A stretch of DNA of 62,594 nt from Promethearchaeota archaeon Loki_b31 (GTDB taxonomy: Archaea > Asgardarchaeota > Lokiarchaeia > Sigyniarchaeales > SOKP01), in the NCBI GenBank assembly GCA_005222975.1, contig NJBI01000012.1, forward strand, positions 1-62,594, given 5' to 3'. Below are positions 1 to 10,408 of the stretch, one piece after another. Below the pieces are notes generated by a model. That model was not told the DNA's origin. It saw only the letters and a list, made by a program, of their open reading frames with translations, and made no database searches. The position numbers and the translations under genes are program-made. Every line of letters begins with the position of its first letter. Position 1 is the first letter of the stretch.

Positions 1-220
1 TAGGTTTTAATTAATTATTTCTTTTTCCTGTCCTCCTACTTTGTTAACCCCCTTATTTTAAATGTATTGTTACGACCCATAATCATAAAAAAGGTTAAAC
101 AATTATTTTAACTTAGTAACTCAAGAAATTATAAATTCCCTTTATTCGCATTATTTCTATTAAAAATCGTAAAAATTATATGATTATTAAAATTAAAAAA
201 TATATTGATATTTTTTCTGT

Positions 221-372
221 CCCCCCATAGCTCAGATGGTTAGAGCGCGCGGCTGTAGATAAATATCGCATACTAAGGTTTTTGCCTATGAAGTATTGTC
301 AGCCGATACCGTGAGGTCCCCGGCTCAAACTCCCTTTCTGCTTTAGGATGGATGAGATTCCGGGTGGGGGGA
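221..372 (+). tRNA. tRNA-Tyr(GTA) with two introns (about 259-307 at position 37/38; 330-358 in the T-loop)
   Basis: Acceptor stem CCCCCCA(221-227)/TGGGGGG(365-371) with discriminator A and the C1:G72 pair of archaeal Tyr. D-stem GCTC/GAGC, anticodon stem CGCGG/CCGTG with GTA at 255-257, T-stem CCCGG/CCGGG. The second intron has a clean bulge-helix-bulge (BHB): CTCA/TGAG with AAC and ATT bulges. Confidence 0.9.
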
Positions 373-407
373 CTATTTTATATTTCAAAAAAGATTTAAA
401 TTATACT

Positions 408-2366
408 CTATTTGATTTTCTTCACCTTTCTTTTGACGACAACTACTAAGAGACCTATAAGATGCGCGCTAAGAAGTATAAAAATTCCTATATCGTATCC
501 TAGAATAGCTTGTTCGGCACTTTGAATAATTAGATCCAATGTGAGGTCATCCCCTATGTCTAATTGGACCAAAACGTAATTATTATATAATAGACTTACT
601 TTAAAAAGGTTTGTGGATAGGTTGAGAGATAATTCGGTTGTACCATTAATCCAAATATCTTGACTATAAATCTCATATCCTGATACATCATAGACGGCTA
701 GAGGAACTTGTTGCGAATACGCATAATCGTTCAGGGGCATGTTAATATCTTCAATTGTTAGGTTTAAGATCTTCGTTGTTGCACTGTAAATATACTCCGA
801 GAATGAATATTTTGGAAGATAGAGGTTATCGAACCACGGAAAAAAGAACCAATCTAACGACTGCCCTACAACATCCTCGAATGCCTGCTGTAGATCTGAT
901 AATAAGACGATCTCAAATTGGTGTCTCTCAAAATATAACTTTAAACCTTCTAAAAAGTCTGTAAGTCCGAGAGTTTGGCGTAACATTTCAAAAATTAGCG
1001 GTGCTTTATGATAAGCGACATAATAATAATCAGTATCAGTAGCTAGGCATTCATACACTGTTTGATTTATCTTGGAACTGAGTCCATGTTCTGCATAATA
1101 AACTCTCACTTCATCAATATATCGCGTATATTGGAAAAATTCCCAGTCTCCGTGATAATATTCACCGTAATAATCAGTTGACCAACAAGTTAGACCTTCG
1201 TCTAAAAATCCTACATCTACTTCGTCGTTTCCAATTAGATTATACCACCACTGATGACATACTTCGTGAGCAATTATTTTTTCTAAGAGCCTTCGATCTA
1301 CATCGAGAGGATACCCCCAGCTATCTATTGCTTCCGAAATGTACACTTGATTAGGGTATTCCATTCCACCAAATGCTGTGTATTCTTCTACGACATTAAG
1401 TGTTGGGTAAGGATATGTTCCAAAAGTGTTATTAAAGAGGGTTAAAGCATCTTCAGCGTGATTTAGGGCATAGTTATTCCATAAATAAGCGTCTTTTGGA
1501 AGAAAGTAAGTTGAAACATTTACTCCATTTGAAATTTTTGATTGTACTTGAAAATATCGCGAGGCTGAAAAGGTGACCTCTCGAACAGGATATATTGGAT
1601 TAAAATGATACCATTTAGTTGCCCCTTTATCTAATTTTTCTTCTAAGTTTCCGGTTGCTGCTATTATCATTCCCTTAGGGGCTTCAATAAAAAGGTTATA
1701 GTAAGCCATATCAAAATAAAATGGATCGCCCGTAGTCAAATAGGAATCAATGTTCCAACCGTCTTCATTATCATAAACGCACGGTATAGGATAAAAACTC
1801 CCAGATTTGTAAATGCGCGATTTATTTGGATCGCTTCCGTGAGAATTTGCCCTGTCAATTGGTCCATCTGGAAGAGTTGCGTTAAATTGAATGTTAAATT
1901 GTACCCTCTTTTGAGGTTCTAACTTTTCCGAAATATTTACCCACATTATCTGCTGATTTGAGTAGACTTCAAAGGGAAGCGTTATACTGAAGTTGTTTAC
2001 ATCAGTTACATTGACGATTTCTATAATCCCAGGTCTAGTTTCGTATTGCATTCCGGATAAATAGAGGTGAAAAGGGATTTTTGTAAAATTAATATCATCG
2101 TTATTGTAGAAATCAACCGTTAAATTGCCGTCGATAAACGAGTTAGCTTCGTCCAATACGACTGATAAATTGTAGTCAGAAAAATTGCCCGTAGGTTGGG
2201 CTACTTTCGGGGTAATGGTTAAAAGGGGAGAAAAATTATTAAATGATTCGCACCAACTTCCATCTCCATGGATATTGTTCGTTATGGAAAAGTTGAAATT
2301 AACACAGCTAAAAACAAACAAAACGACGAGTACTATTCGAGAAAATTTATAATGAATTTCTTTCAT
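408..2366 (-). CDS. Secreted/membrane-anchored M1-family metalloaminopeptidase
   Basis: GGMEY motif, HEVCH...E zinc motif, N-terminal signal/TM segment and C-terminal TM anchor. Confidence 0.88.
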   Translation of the reverse strand: MKEIHYKFSRIVLVVLFVFSCVNFNFSITNNIHGDGSWCESFNNFSPLLTITPKVAQPTGNFSDYNLSVVLDEANSFIDGNLTVDFYNNDDINFTKIPFHLYLSGMQYETRPGIIEIVNVTDVNNFSITLPFEVYSNQQIMWVNISEKLEPQKRVQFNIQFNATLPDGPIDRANSHGSDPNKSRIYKSGSFYPIPCVYDNEDGWNIDSYLTTGDPFYFDMAYYNLFIEAPKGMIIAATGNLEEKLDKGATKWYHFNPIYPVREVTFSASRYFQVQSKISNGVNVSTYFLPKDAYLWNNYALNHAEDALTLFNNTFGTYPYPTLNVVEEYTAFGGMEYPNQVYISEAIDSWGYPLDVDRRLLEKIIAHEVCHQWWYNLIGNDEVDVGFLDEGLTCWSTDYYGEYYHGDWEFFQYTRYIDEVRVYYAEHGLSSKINQTVYECLATDTDYYYVAYHKAPLIFEMLRQTLGLTDFLEGLKLYFERHQFEIVLLSDLQQAFEDVVGQSLDWFFFPWFDNLYLPKYSFSEYIYSATTKILNLTIEDINMPLNDYAYSQQVPLAVYDVSGYEIYSQDIWINGTTELSLNLSTNLFKVSLLYNNYVLVQLDIGDDLTLDLIIQSAEQAILGYDIGIFILLSAHLIGLLVVVVKRKVKKIK

Positions 2367-2503
2367 TTTTAATTAAATAATTATTATTTGAGATTTTCTA
2401 GGGAATGTATATTGATAAATATTTTGACTGTGATTCTATTAACTTGATAAAATTCTTATTTTGATTAGCATTATTTTTCAATATAAATAGTTTGATTTTT
2501 TGA

Positions 2504-3430
2504 TTGAGAGCAATGAAAAAGAAAAAAACAGCTGTTGTTGGTGCTGGTTGGTTTGGTCGGGCACATATCAGAAATTTTAACGATCTCTCTGAGCTTGTTG
2601 GTATATGTGACACTAACGAAACTAAGTTAAAGCAAATGACGGAGCAATACGAGGAAATTAACACTTATAAAAACATAGACGATCTAATAAAAAACGAAGA
2701 AATTGACGCCGTGAGCATTGTAACCCAACCAAAACAAATTCCAAAAATTGCTAAAAAGTTTGCTGAAGCTGGAATAGATATATTAATGGAAAAACCGATG
2801 GCGTTGAAGTTAGAAGATTTAATTGCATTTAAAGAATACGACAACATTCGAATAATGCCTGGATTTATCGAGTTGTTTAATCCCGCTTTTGCTAAATTAT
2901 TAAACCATGTTAACGAGATAGGAGAGATAATTTCAATTGCATCAAAACGCGTTGGGTTGTATCCTAAAAGAGATTGGGACATGGGTGTTATTTTAGATTT
3001 ATCTATTCACGATATATATCTACAAGAAAAAATTTTAGGTAAAAATAAGATAATAAATGCATTTGGCGTCAAAAAATGTTATAAAGATAGCGTTCATGCC
3101 GATGCGGCTTTTATAATATTAGATTTCGGTACGGCAATAGGCCAGATCGAGTCAAATTGGCTAACACCATCTAAGTTTAGAAGAATGTATGTTAATGGTG
3201 AATTTGGGGGCATTTCTATTGATTTCATTACTCAGCAGATAAACATCCGAACGGGCATCGATCTGCAGGGAGATTGGCCAGTGACAAAAGATACATCATT
3301 CACTCCTTTGAAAGCGGACGAACCTTTGAAGAGAGAAATTAATAATTTCCTTTACGATAAAGAGTTAGAAGTAACTCTAGATGACGGTATAAGAGCCTTA
3401 GAAATTGCTTTAAAAATCGTAAATTCTTAA
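2504..3430 (+). CDS. Gfo/Idh/MocA-family oxidoreductase
   Basis: VVGAGWFG Rossmann motif, EKPMA, DLSIHDI. Confidence 0.9.
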   Translation: MRAMKKKKTAVVGAGWFGRAHIRNFNDLSELVGICDTNETKLKQMTEQYEEINTYKNIDDLIKNEEIDAVSIVTQPKQIPKIAKKFAEAGIDILMEKPMALKLEDLIAFKEYDNIRIMPGFIELFNPAFAKLLNHVNEIGEIISIASKRVGLYPKRDWDMGVILDLSIHDIYLQEKILGKNKIINAFGVKKCYKDSVHADAAFIILDFGTAIGQIESNWLTPSKFRRMYVNGEFGGISIDFITQQINIRTGIDLQGDWPVTKDTSFTPLKADEPLKREINNFLYDKELEVTLDDGIRALEIALKIVNS

Positions 3431-3465
3431 TTTTATATATTATTTAAAATCATGAGGTAATAATA

Positions 3466-3891
3466 TTGAGCGAGCACAACAACGAAGAACAACACGAATT
3501 AGAAAAGATTCGGTTGAAAAAAATGAAAGCTCTTATGGATGCTCAAAATCAGCAGAATCTAATGCAGGAGAGAGTTCATTCTATAACTGAAAAAGTCGTT
3601 TATGTATTGAGAGCTGTTTTAGCACCAGATGCTTTTTCTTATTTAGAGAAAATAAAAACTAACGAACCAATGGTATATCAAGCAATTTACAACGAGTTAA
3701 TTAGTCCAGATGTAGTAATGAATATAGATTATTTAATTGCCATTATCAACCGCCAAGGTGGAACCCCAAAAAGGATTCCTTTAGATGCAATTATTCATTT
3801 AGAGCGGAAAATTAAAGGAATTAAAGGGAAGATCCAAGTTAAAAAAGGTGATGGTAAAATGATGGATTTAGGCTCTTATTTGACAAAATAA
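3466..3891 (+). CDS. PDCD5-like DNA-binding protein
   Basis: N-terminal ELEKIRLKKMKAL and LRAVLAPDA resemble the PDCD5/MTH1615 family. Confidence 0.6.
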   Translation: MSEHNNEEQHELEKIRLKKMKALMDAQNQQNLMQERVHSITEKVVYVLRAVLAPDAFSYLEKIKTNEPMVYQAIYNELISPDVVMNIDYLIAIINRQGGTPKRIPLDAIIHLERKIKGIKGKIQVKKGDGKMMDLGSYLTK

Positions 3892-3966
3892 TATTAAATC
3901 GTCTTAATTTTAGAATCTAATTTTAAATTGCGATTTCTTTATAAAATCAATAGATAATGTAAGAAA

Positions 3967-4521
3967 CTATTGTTCTCTGGCTGAAATTATTGCGATTACT
4001 TCCCACTCTCCATTATCAAATAGATTTGCGTCAATATTAGAAAATTGAAAAGCAAAAGGTCGTTCAAAAATTTTTTCTATCATGGGGCTAAATGAACTTA
4101 CAGCAAAAATTAAGAGTCTTTTCAAAATACTTTCAGTTTTGGCTTCAACATTTAATTCCTTCATTACTTTATTGATAACTTCAATTTCGCCTAAGTTATA
4201 ATGATATTGGTAAATAAGTTTAAAATCAACTATAGTCGGGGCTTCTGCTCCAGAAAGCGTCAGACCTCTCTTTCTGAAAGGGAAGATCGTAGTAAGGTAA
4301 AAAGAGAAAATCTCCTCGTAATGGTCTCTTAGCAGATGTGAAATTTTAAAACCCTCTTTGTATTTAGGCCAATAGTTAAGCATTAACTCTAAAAGCCGCG
4401 GGTAATTTTTGTATTTATTTTCGCTTTCTTTTTGTAAATGGTTTAATAACCTATTTTTAAGCGGCTTGAATTCGTTGTCTTTAGCTACCCTTTCTACGAA
4501 TTTTGTAAATCTTTGACTCAT
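3967..4521 (-). CDS. Hypothetical protein
   Basis: 184-aa ATG ORF filling the intergenic space; no motif recognised. Confidence 0.65.
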   Translation of the reverse strand: MSQRFTKFVERVAKDNEFKPLKNRLLNHLQKESENKYKNYPRLLELMLNYWPKYKEGFKISHLLRDHYEEIFSFYLTTIFPFRKRGLTLSGAEAPTIVDFKLIYQYHYNLGEIEVINKVMKELNVEAKTESILKRLLIFAVSSFSPMIEKIFERPFAFQFSNIDANLFDNGEWEVIAIISAREQ

Positions 4522-4651
4522 TTTATAGTGGTGGAATAATTTAGTATGAAATATTCTTAAATACCTTTATTTTTTTATATGTTACACCGATAATATAATT
4601 TTTTGTATTTTCTTTCAAAAACTTATAAAAAATGGATTGTAATTATTATTT

Positions 4652-5848
4652 ATGGTTAATAAGACAGCGCTTATTTATACCAATAAATATCAAAGTTATA
4701 ATTTTGGACCACAGCACCCTTTGCGTCCATTAAGGATTAAACTTACATATAGCCTTATGGAGAAACTAAATCTTTTTAATAACGAAAGATTGGAGGTTTT
4801 TGAACCAAGTCCCGCCACACAAAAAGAAATAGAAAGAGCTCACGACCCAGAGTATGTGGAAATAGTTAAAAAATTAAGCGAGAACCCTATGGATAGAAGT
4901 GTTCAACCATATCTCTATGGGTTAGGTACTGGAGATACTCCTGTTTTTAAAGGCATGTACGAGGCATCAGCGTTAGTGTGTGGAGCAAGTTTGTTAGCTG
5001 CAGATATGGTTTGGCAAGACAACGATATAACGATTGCTTTTAATCCAGCAGGAGGACTTCACCACGCACATAAAAAAAAAGCTTCGGGATTTTGTATTTT
5101 TAACGATATTGCCGTAGCTATTCATCATCTTAAAAATTTAAAAAATGATATTAGAATTGCGTATTTGGATATAGATTGTCACCATGGAGATGGTGTACAA
5201 AGGTTATTTTACGACGATCCAACTGTTTTAACGATCTCTTTTCATGAAAGTGGAAAATTTTTATTTCCTGGTACTGGAAACCCCAAAGAAGTCGGTGAAG
5301 GAGCAGGAAAGGGATTTTCTATTAACTTTCCTTTGTTGCCAGGTACTGATAATAGAATGTTTCGAAAATTATTTCGTTATTGTGTACCTAGGATTTTAGA
5401 AGCCTATGCCCCCGATGTTTTATTAACTCAGTTAGGCATAGATATGTACTTTAACGACCCTTTAACGCAAATGGGGCTTTCAATTTCGATTTATCGAGAC
5501 ATTGCTCAAACACTCTACACATCTGCTCACGATTACTGTCAGAACAAATGGATTGCAGTAGGTGGAGGAGGTTATTTAATGACTGCCGTACCCAGAGCTT
5601 GGACATTATTTTTAGCGCGAATGCTAAATATTGATTTAAAAAACGAATTACCTGATGAGTGGGTAAATCAGGTTAAGGAAGAGGTTCCACACGAAACTAC
5701 TCCTTACTTATTATGGGATCGCGACGATAAAGCGGAAGTACAACTGCTTTCTCATCCTGAAATTGCTAAAAAAATGATTGATTATAACAGGGAATTAAAA
5801 GCTCTTTGCGACGAAGAATTTATTCCTAATCTTAAAAAAAAAAGTTAA
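4652..5848 (+). CDS. acuC: Histone deacetylase / AcuC-family deacetylase
   Basis: HPLRPLR, GGLHHA, SGFCIFND, DIDCHHGDG, GGGGY motifs. Confidence 0.92.
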   Translation: MVNKTALIYTNKYQSYNFGPQHPLRPLRIKLTYSLMEKLNLFNNERLEVFEPSPATQKEIERAHDPEYVEIVKKLSENPMDRSVQPYLYGLGTGDTPVFKGMYEASALVCGASLLAADMVWQDNDITIAFNPAGGLHHAHKKKASGFCIFNDIAVAIHHLKNLKNDIRIAYLDIDCHHGDGVQRLFYDDPTVLTISFHESGKFLFPGTGNPKEVGEGAGKGFSINFPLLPGTDNRMFRKLFRYCVPRILEAYAPDVLLTQLGIDMYFNDPLTQMGLSISIYRDIAQTLYTSAHDYCQNKWIAVGGGGYLMTAVPRAWTLFLARMLNIDLKNELPDEWVNQVKEEVPHETTPYLLWDRDDKAEVQLLSHPEIAKKMIDYNRELKALCDEEFIPNLKKKS

Positions 5849-6570
5849 TTTGTGTTGATATTATTTCTTTTTAGTATCCAGTTATCAATTAAGAAGTTTT
5901 GGGTGCTATCTTTTACGGAAGTGTCGTAATCAGATCGTATAATTGATTTAGGAATCCACACTTCTTTATCTTCGTTATACTGGATAAGCAAAGCTTTTTC
6001 GGTTTCACCTTCAATAACGCCTTTTAATTGACTAACTTCACTTTCGTTGAGTTCCACTGATTCTGTCACAATTGATAACGTCTTTGAGCCATTTCCTTTA
6101 TTCTTTTGGGCAACTCCTTTAGGAAATGTTGCCTCTTTATTTATGGCGTCAAAGTTCAAAACCGTAGCAAACTCAATTTTTTCTTCTAATATATGCTTTA
6201 ATAACAACCTGAAAATTTCAATTTGGGCAAATTTTAACATCTTAGAATATTTACCGATGTAAATTAATAATTTTTGTTTGGCGTCATCCTCCCATTTAAA
6301 AGATATTTGCGTTTTTATGTCGTTGAAATTATGAAAGCTTGTCCACGAGGCCCTATTTCGATTGAGTACGTCTAAAATCATTACGATTTCGTCTAAATTG
6401 CATTTTATTGTCTTTCCTTCTCCTAAAGAGGGTTTTTCCCACGAGCCATCGGGTTTTTTCTTGATGCACTTCAAAAAGATAAACGGTTCTGTTTTTGAAG
6501 AACTTCTAATCGTGAGCCCCGTCGATTGCCCAAAAAAACTTTGGCTATGTTTATCAACCATTTTTATCAC
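5845..6570 (-). CDS. Hypothetical protein
   Basis: 241-aa ORF; the C-terminal ETEKALL...WIPKS module is seen in small beta-rich domains. Confidence 0.65.
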   Translation of the reverse strand: MIKMVDKHSQSFFGQSTGLTIRSSSKTEPFIFLKCIKKKPDGSWEKPSLGEGKTIKCNLDEIVMILDVLNRNRASWTSFHNFNDIKTQISFKWEDDAKQKLLIYIGKYSKMLKFAQIEIFRLLLKHILEEKIEFATVLNFDAINKEATFPKGVAQKNKGNGSKTLSIVTESVELNESEVSQLKGVIEGETEKALLIQYNEDKEVWIPKSIIRSDYDTSVKDSTQNFLIDNWILKRNNINTN

Positions 6571-6748
6571 ATTTTTTTAGTAAACTCTGCTTTTTTATTG
6601 TATACAGTTTAATGAATTTTTAATATTCTAATTATATATAAAGGAAAATTTGGTCTAAAAATTCAAAAATTCATAATACTGTTAAAATATATTAAGTATT
6701 TGAGAATCTTTTTAAGAAAAGAAAGCGTTTTTTGCTATTTAGGGCAAA

Positions 6749-7573
6749 ATGAAGGAAATCTCACTGATTAGTACTCCAGCAGAATCTCATTTCCATAAAG
6801 CGATCAAGTTGTTATTGTACAAGTATATATATGAAAACGATAAGTCGGTAATAAAAAGATCCCTTGAAAAATATTTAGGGAATCGCTTTGCCGATGTGTA
6901 TTTTAAACTCGATACAGGAAAAGAAGTAGTAGTAGAAGTTCAAAATTCTAGAATTTCTGTTAAAGAAATTATCAAAAGAACGAAGGATTATAATCAACAA
7001 GGTATCTACATTTTATGGGTGTTACATGGGGAAGGGAACTGCGTTGCATCGCCAAAATACTCCGTTGATACTAAATGTATAAAAATTAGCTTGGCAGAAA
7101 ATTTCTTGCATCGAATGTATGGGGGTCGTGTCTATTACATTAATTTGAACATTCGTAAAAATATGGCATCTCTTAAAACGCCTTTCGCACTTCATTTTTC
7201 TAAGCCATTAAATAACAAAAAACGTGGGTTTTTTAAAACCCGATACGATGGCTATTATTTTAAGGATTCAAATTTTACAGAAATTCCTAGCTGGAACATA
7301 CTGTGTACAGAATTTTCAGGGTACAAGATCGCTCGGTTCTACGATAAGAATTTAAAAAATATCTTGAAAAAGAGAATTGTAAATTTTTATTATCTGAAGA
7401 ATAAGAAAGCACAGTATGACGAGAATAGATTGTTAAAGTTAATTTTAAAGTCTTTTAAAAAAAAATATGGAAAATACATGATTTATAACGCTATAATTGA
7501 ATTGGTTAATGAGAAAAAGATAGATTTTCGTAGAAAAATTATTAAAAAAATTCAAAAGAAAATTATTTCGTAG
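6749..7573 (+). CDS. CoiA-like PD-(D/E)XK nuclease-family protein
   Basis: ESHFH...K, RFADV...VVEVQNS and ILWV motifs typical of CoiA-like proteins. Confidence 0.7.
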   Translation: MKEISLISTPAESHFHKAIKLLLYKYIYENDKSVIKRSLEKYLGNRFADVYFKLDTGKEVVVEVQNSRISVKEIIKRTKDYNQQGIYILWVLHGEGNCVASPKYSVDTKCIKISLAENFLHRMYGGRVYYINLNIRKNMASLKTPFALHFSKPLNNKKRGFFKTRYDGYYFKDSNFTEIPSWNILCTEFSGYKIARFYDKNLKNILKKRIVNFYYLKNKKAQYDENRLLKLILKSFKKKYGKYMIYNAIIELVNEKKIDFRRKIIKKIQKKIIS

Positions 7574-7676
7574 TAAAACTTGTCGTGTTTAACTTGCTAT
7601 GGTTAAAATATTGTAAAAACTAATTAATTCACAAACTATTTTGTTAATATAGAATAGGAAAAAGTTTAGAAATATT

Positions 7677-8312
7677 ATGAAAAAAGCATTAATCATTATT
7701 TTTCTAATAGTTATTGTTGTAGTTGGTCTATTTTCAACTTATTTGTTATACAAATTAGGATCCTTTTTTTCTGCAGAAGGTAGATATGACGATACTAATC
7801 TTAATTATACGAGCGTTCTTTTTGAGAATAAGTCAGACATTAATGCTTTTAACGAGGGATACAGTGAAAGCGCTAGCTGTCCGTGGGGTTTTGAACATAA
7901 TGGACTTGATTATTTTTTTAATAACGGTTCAAACGTAATAGCAGCCGCTCCAGGACAAATTTGGGAAATCGAAAACCATGAAGGAGAAGGTAACAATAAA
8001 TACCATGTAAGAATTTGGATTAGATTTAACAAGAGCACCGTGTTAGGGTATAATTTTGAACCGTGGACTACAAAAGAAGCAGATAGAAACAAACAGATTA
8101 GCATGTTCAAGGTAAAAGTTGGCGATTGGGTACAAGAAGGGGATGTTATAGCGGAATTTCTACAATGTAACGAATCAGCTCATATCCACTTTGATATCAT
8201 CGAAAACGAAAACCGATACTGCCCCAAGAAATATTTTTCTCTGGATGGATACAATCTAATTATGGAATTAATTCACATATATCATCCAACATGGGAATTG
8301 TGCTATCCTTAG
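7677..8312 (+). CDS. Membrane-anchored M23-family peptidase-like protein
   Basis: N-terminal TM; HNGLD (HxxxD), VIAAAPG, VKVGDWV and HIHF (HxH) motifs. Confidence 0.8.
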   Translation: MKKALIIIFLIVIVVVGLFSTYLLYKLGSFFSAEGRYDDTNLNYTSVLFENKSDINAFNEGYSESASCPWGFEHNGLDYFFNNGSNVIAAAPGQIWEIENHEGEGNNKYHVRIWIRFNKSTVLGYNFEPWTTKEADRNKQISMFKVKVGDWVQEGDVIAEFLQCNESAHIHFDIIENENRYCPKKYFSLDGYNLIMELIHIYHPTWELCYP

Positions 8313-8794
8313 AAATTAGACAAATAATATAATCTTCCTTATAATAATTTCCTAAATCTCGTCTAAATTTCCAAAAACTCTCATTTTAAGCAATATAATA
8401 GCAGTATCTTTTTAAATTGACCTTTAATAATCTAATATTAGCTCATTTTCAATTTTCCCTTTTGTCATGTGAAAAGATAGATATCTTTATATAGTTAAGT
8501 GATCAATATTTGACTATAAAAAAAAAATTGGAAACCATGATCAAAAAATATATTCTTATACCTAAGAGTCGGAAGACTCAATACCTCAACCCTTACGACG
8601 AATTGCGTTTTCCGCGAGTCGGGGTAAAACCCTGTTATTAGATAAATACATCTCCTCTTTTTAAAATTTTGAACGTCTTGGTTTCCGATTTCCTTCTTTT
8701 TTCCCAAGAATTTCTCTCGTTGGCCAATAGATTTAAAGATGTATTAAAACCTTAAGTAAAAAAATTTTATTATAAAAAAAAATTTAAAAAAAGT

Positions 8795-9376
8795 TTACTC
8801 CTGTAAAAAACCTAACAACTCTGAAATCACTCGCTTCTCCGCTTCGGTAATACGTGGTTCGCGAGTGAGCAAGTATTCTAAAGCAGGCGCCAACCCTTTG
8901 CTTTTATGCGTGTAAGGATTTGTTAAATACGCCTTAACCTGCTCTCTAACGCCTTCTAAGTCAAAAAGTTGCGTTAAAAACTTTACAGTGTTATGAACGA
9001 GTTCGTTATGAACAAAGTCAATACCGGTTAAATCGATTAAATTTTCTACTATAGAACCCAAATCGGTTAAACTCGAGAAACCGACGAAGTTTTTCAATAT
9101 CTTTGAGAGCGTGCTCTTGGTGAGGTTGCGATGGGCGCTTTCGGGGTACTTAAACCCATATCGAAACGCTTCCACATCGTCCATAATAGCGGGTTCCTCA
9201 GCTTCTTTGCATTCAGGATACATGATTTCGCGAATATCGTATATAGCGTGGAGCTCTTCGATCCGTTCTACAAATTCATGGTTATACAAAAAATCTTCTT
9301 CCTCTTCATTTGCGTCTCTCTCCTCTTCCAAAGTAATCCAAGGCAATTCTTCTTTATCTTTTACAATTATCAACAA
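8795..9376 (-). CDS. Acidic hypothetical protein in a GC-richer segment
   Basis: 193-aa ORF; start codon uncertain (TTG). Confidence 0.6.
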   Translation of the reverse strand: MLIIVKDKEELPWITLEEERDANEEEEDFLYNHEFVERIEELHAIYDIREIMYPECKEAEEPAIMDDVEAFRYGFKYPESAHRNLTKSTLSKILKNFVGFSSLTDLGSIVENLIDLTGIDFVHNELVHNTVKFLTQLFDLEGVREQVKAYLTNPYTHKSKGLAPALEYLLTREPRITEAEKRVISELLGFLQE

Positions 9377-9516
9377 TTTTTTTAGAATTTTTGCGTCTTA
9401 CACTTGAACTTAAACTTAAGAAGGAAACTCGCTCTTATTAACTTTCCTACCGCAGCAATTTATTAATTTAAAAACGATAAAAAAATGATTTTTGTTTTTT
9501 AAAATTTATTTAAATT

Positions 9517-10230
9517 TTACTGGTTATTTACGAGAGCGGAGAAAGCTCTTAACGCCGATATTTTCTCACAGAATTTTCTCCATACTTCAATATCATTGTA
9601 CCTATGCACAGTTGCGAAGTTATCTTGCTTAAATGCGTTCATAATGGAATTAAAAACGGTTGCTAAATCGCTGTGGGCGTTTTCATCTGCCCATTTAAGA
9701 CCCGCGTAAAAATCGTCTTTAGAGCAAGGATTTACTTCATCACTCCGAAGGCTTGGATAAATGTCACCGATATCTATCGCGCCGCTTACCGCATTAAAGG
9801 CAAAAAGAAACTCGTTGCCCTCCATTCCTTCCGTTTTGACGATGAAGGTTTGCTCATCTGCTAAGAACGCCCCTAAGAATAGTATAAAATCAAACTGATC
9901 TAAATTGTTGAAGTCAAGTTCGAAGTATCGCAAATTATCGTTGGGCATGTTTGGGTCTTGGACTTGAGCGTCGACTTTGGGGAAATAAGCAAGTACGTTT
10001 GAGATTTTGTAACCAAGTCCTTCCCTCTTCAACGAATAACCGTAAATCCGAACTTTTTGGTTCGGTCCTCCATAAGTCTTTGCCATGTAAGCAAAAAAGT
10101 TTGCAAGGTTTATTACATGATCCATTCGCGATCTAAAAATATAGTCGGGTTGGAGCCTCCAACCTTTATCTCCGGTCGCTAATAAATGTTTCGTAATTCT
10201 AAAGTCGGCAAATTGCTTAAAGAATTCCAA
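9517..10230 (-). CDS. Hypothetical protein, possibly a 5'-truncated C-terminal fragment
   Basis: 237-aa ORF with TTG start a few codons after an in-frame TAG; composition visibly more GC-rich than the flanks. Confidence 0.55.
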   Translation of the reverse strand: MEFFKQFADFRITKHLLATGDKGWRLQPDYIFRSRMDHVINLANFFAYMAKTYGGPNQKVRIYGYSLKREGLGYKISNVLAYFPKVDAQVQDPNMPNDNLRYFELDFNNLDQFDFILFLGAFLADEQTFIVKTEGMEGNEFLFAFNAVSGAIDIGDIYPSLRSDEVNPCSKDDFYAGLKWADENAHSDLATVFNSIMNAFKQDNFATVHRYNDIEVWRKFCEKISALRAFSALVNNQ

Positions 10231-10408
10231 ACTGAAAAAATTGGTTATACGCTAATTTAAAAAAAGAGTTTGTTTTGTTTATATTTTTTTTATATTTTAT
10301 TTTTGAATTGCTGATTTCTAACTTAAGATTTATAAAGTCCCAAAAAGTATAAAAAAAAATAGTCTATTATTTAATAAGAAGCAAATTTTAAGCAGATTAA
10401 TTATTGAG

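Noticed and set aside
1-90. Tiny minus-strand ORF MGRNNTFKIRGLTK
   Set aside because: Too short and at the window edge; no supporting evidence.
8589-8625. Hairpin with a GAA bulge as a methanogen-type SECIS
   Set aside because: No upstream same-strand ORF with a plausible in-frame TGA, and it lacks the UGA/GA core of the three SECIS elements seen here.
8495-8707. 70-aa minus-strand ORF
   Set aside because: TTG start, no motif, and overlaps a hairpin; not supportable as a gene.
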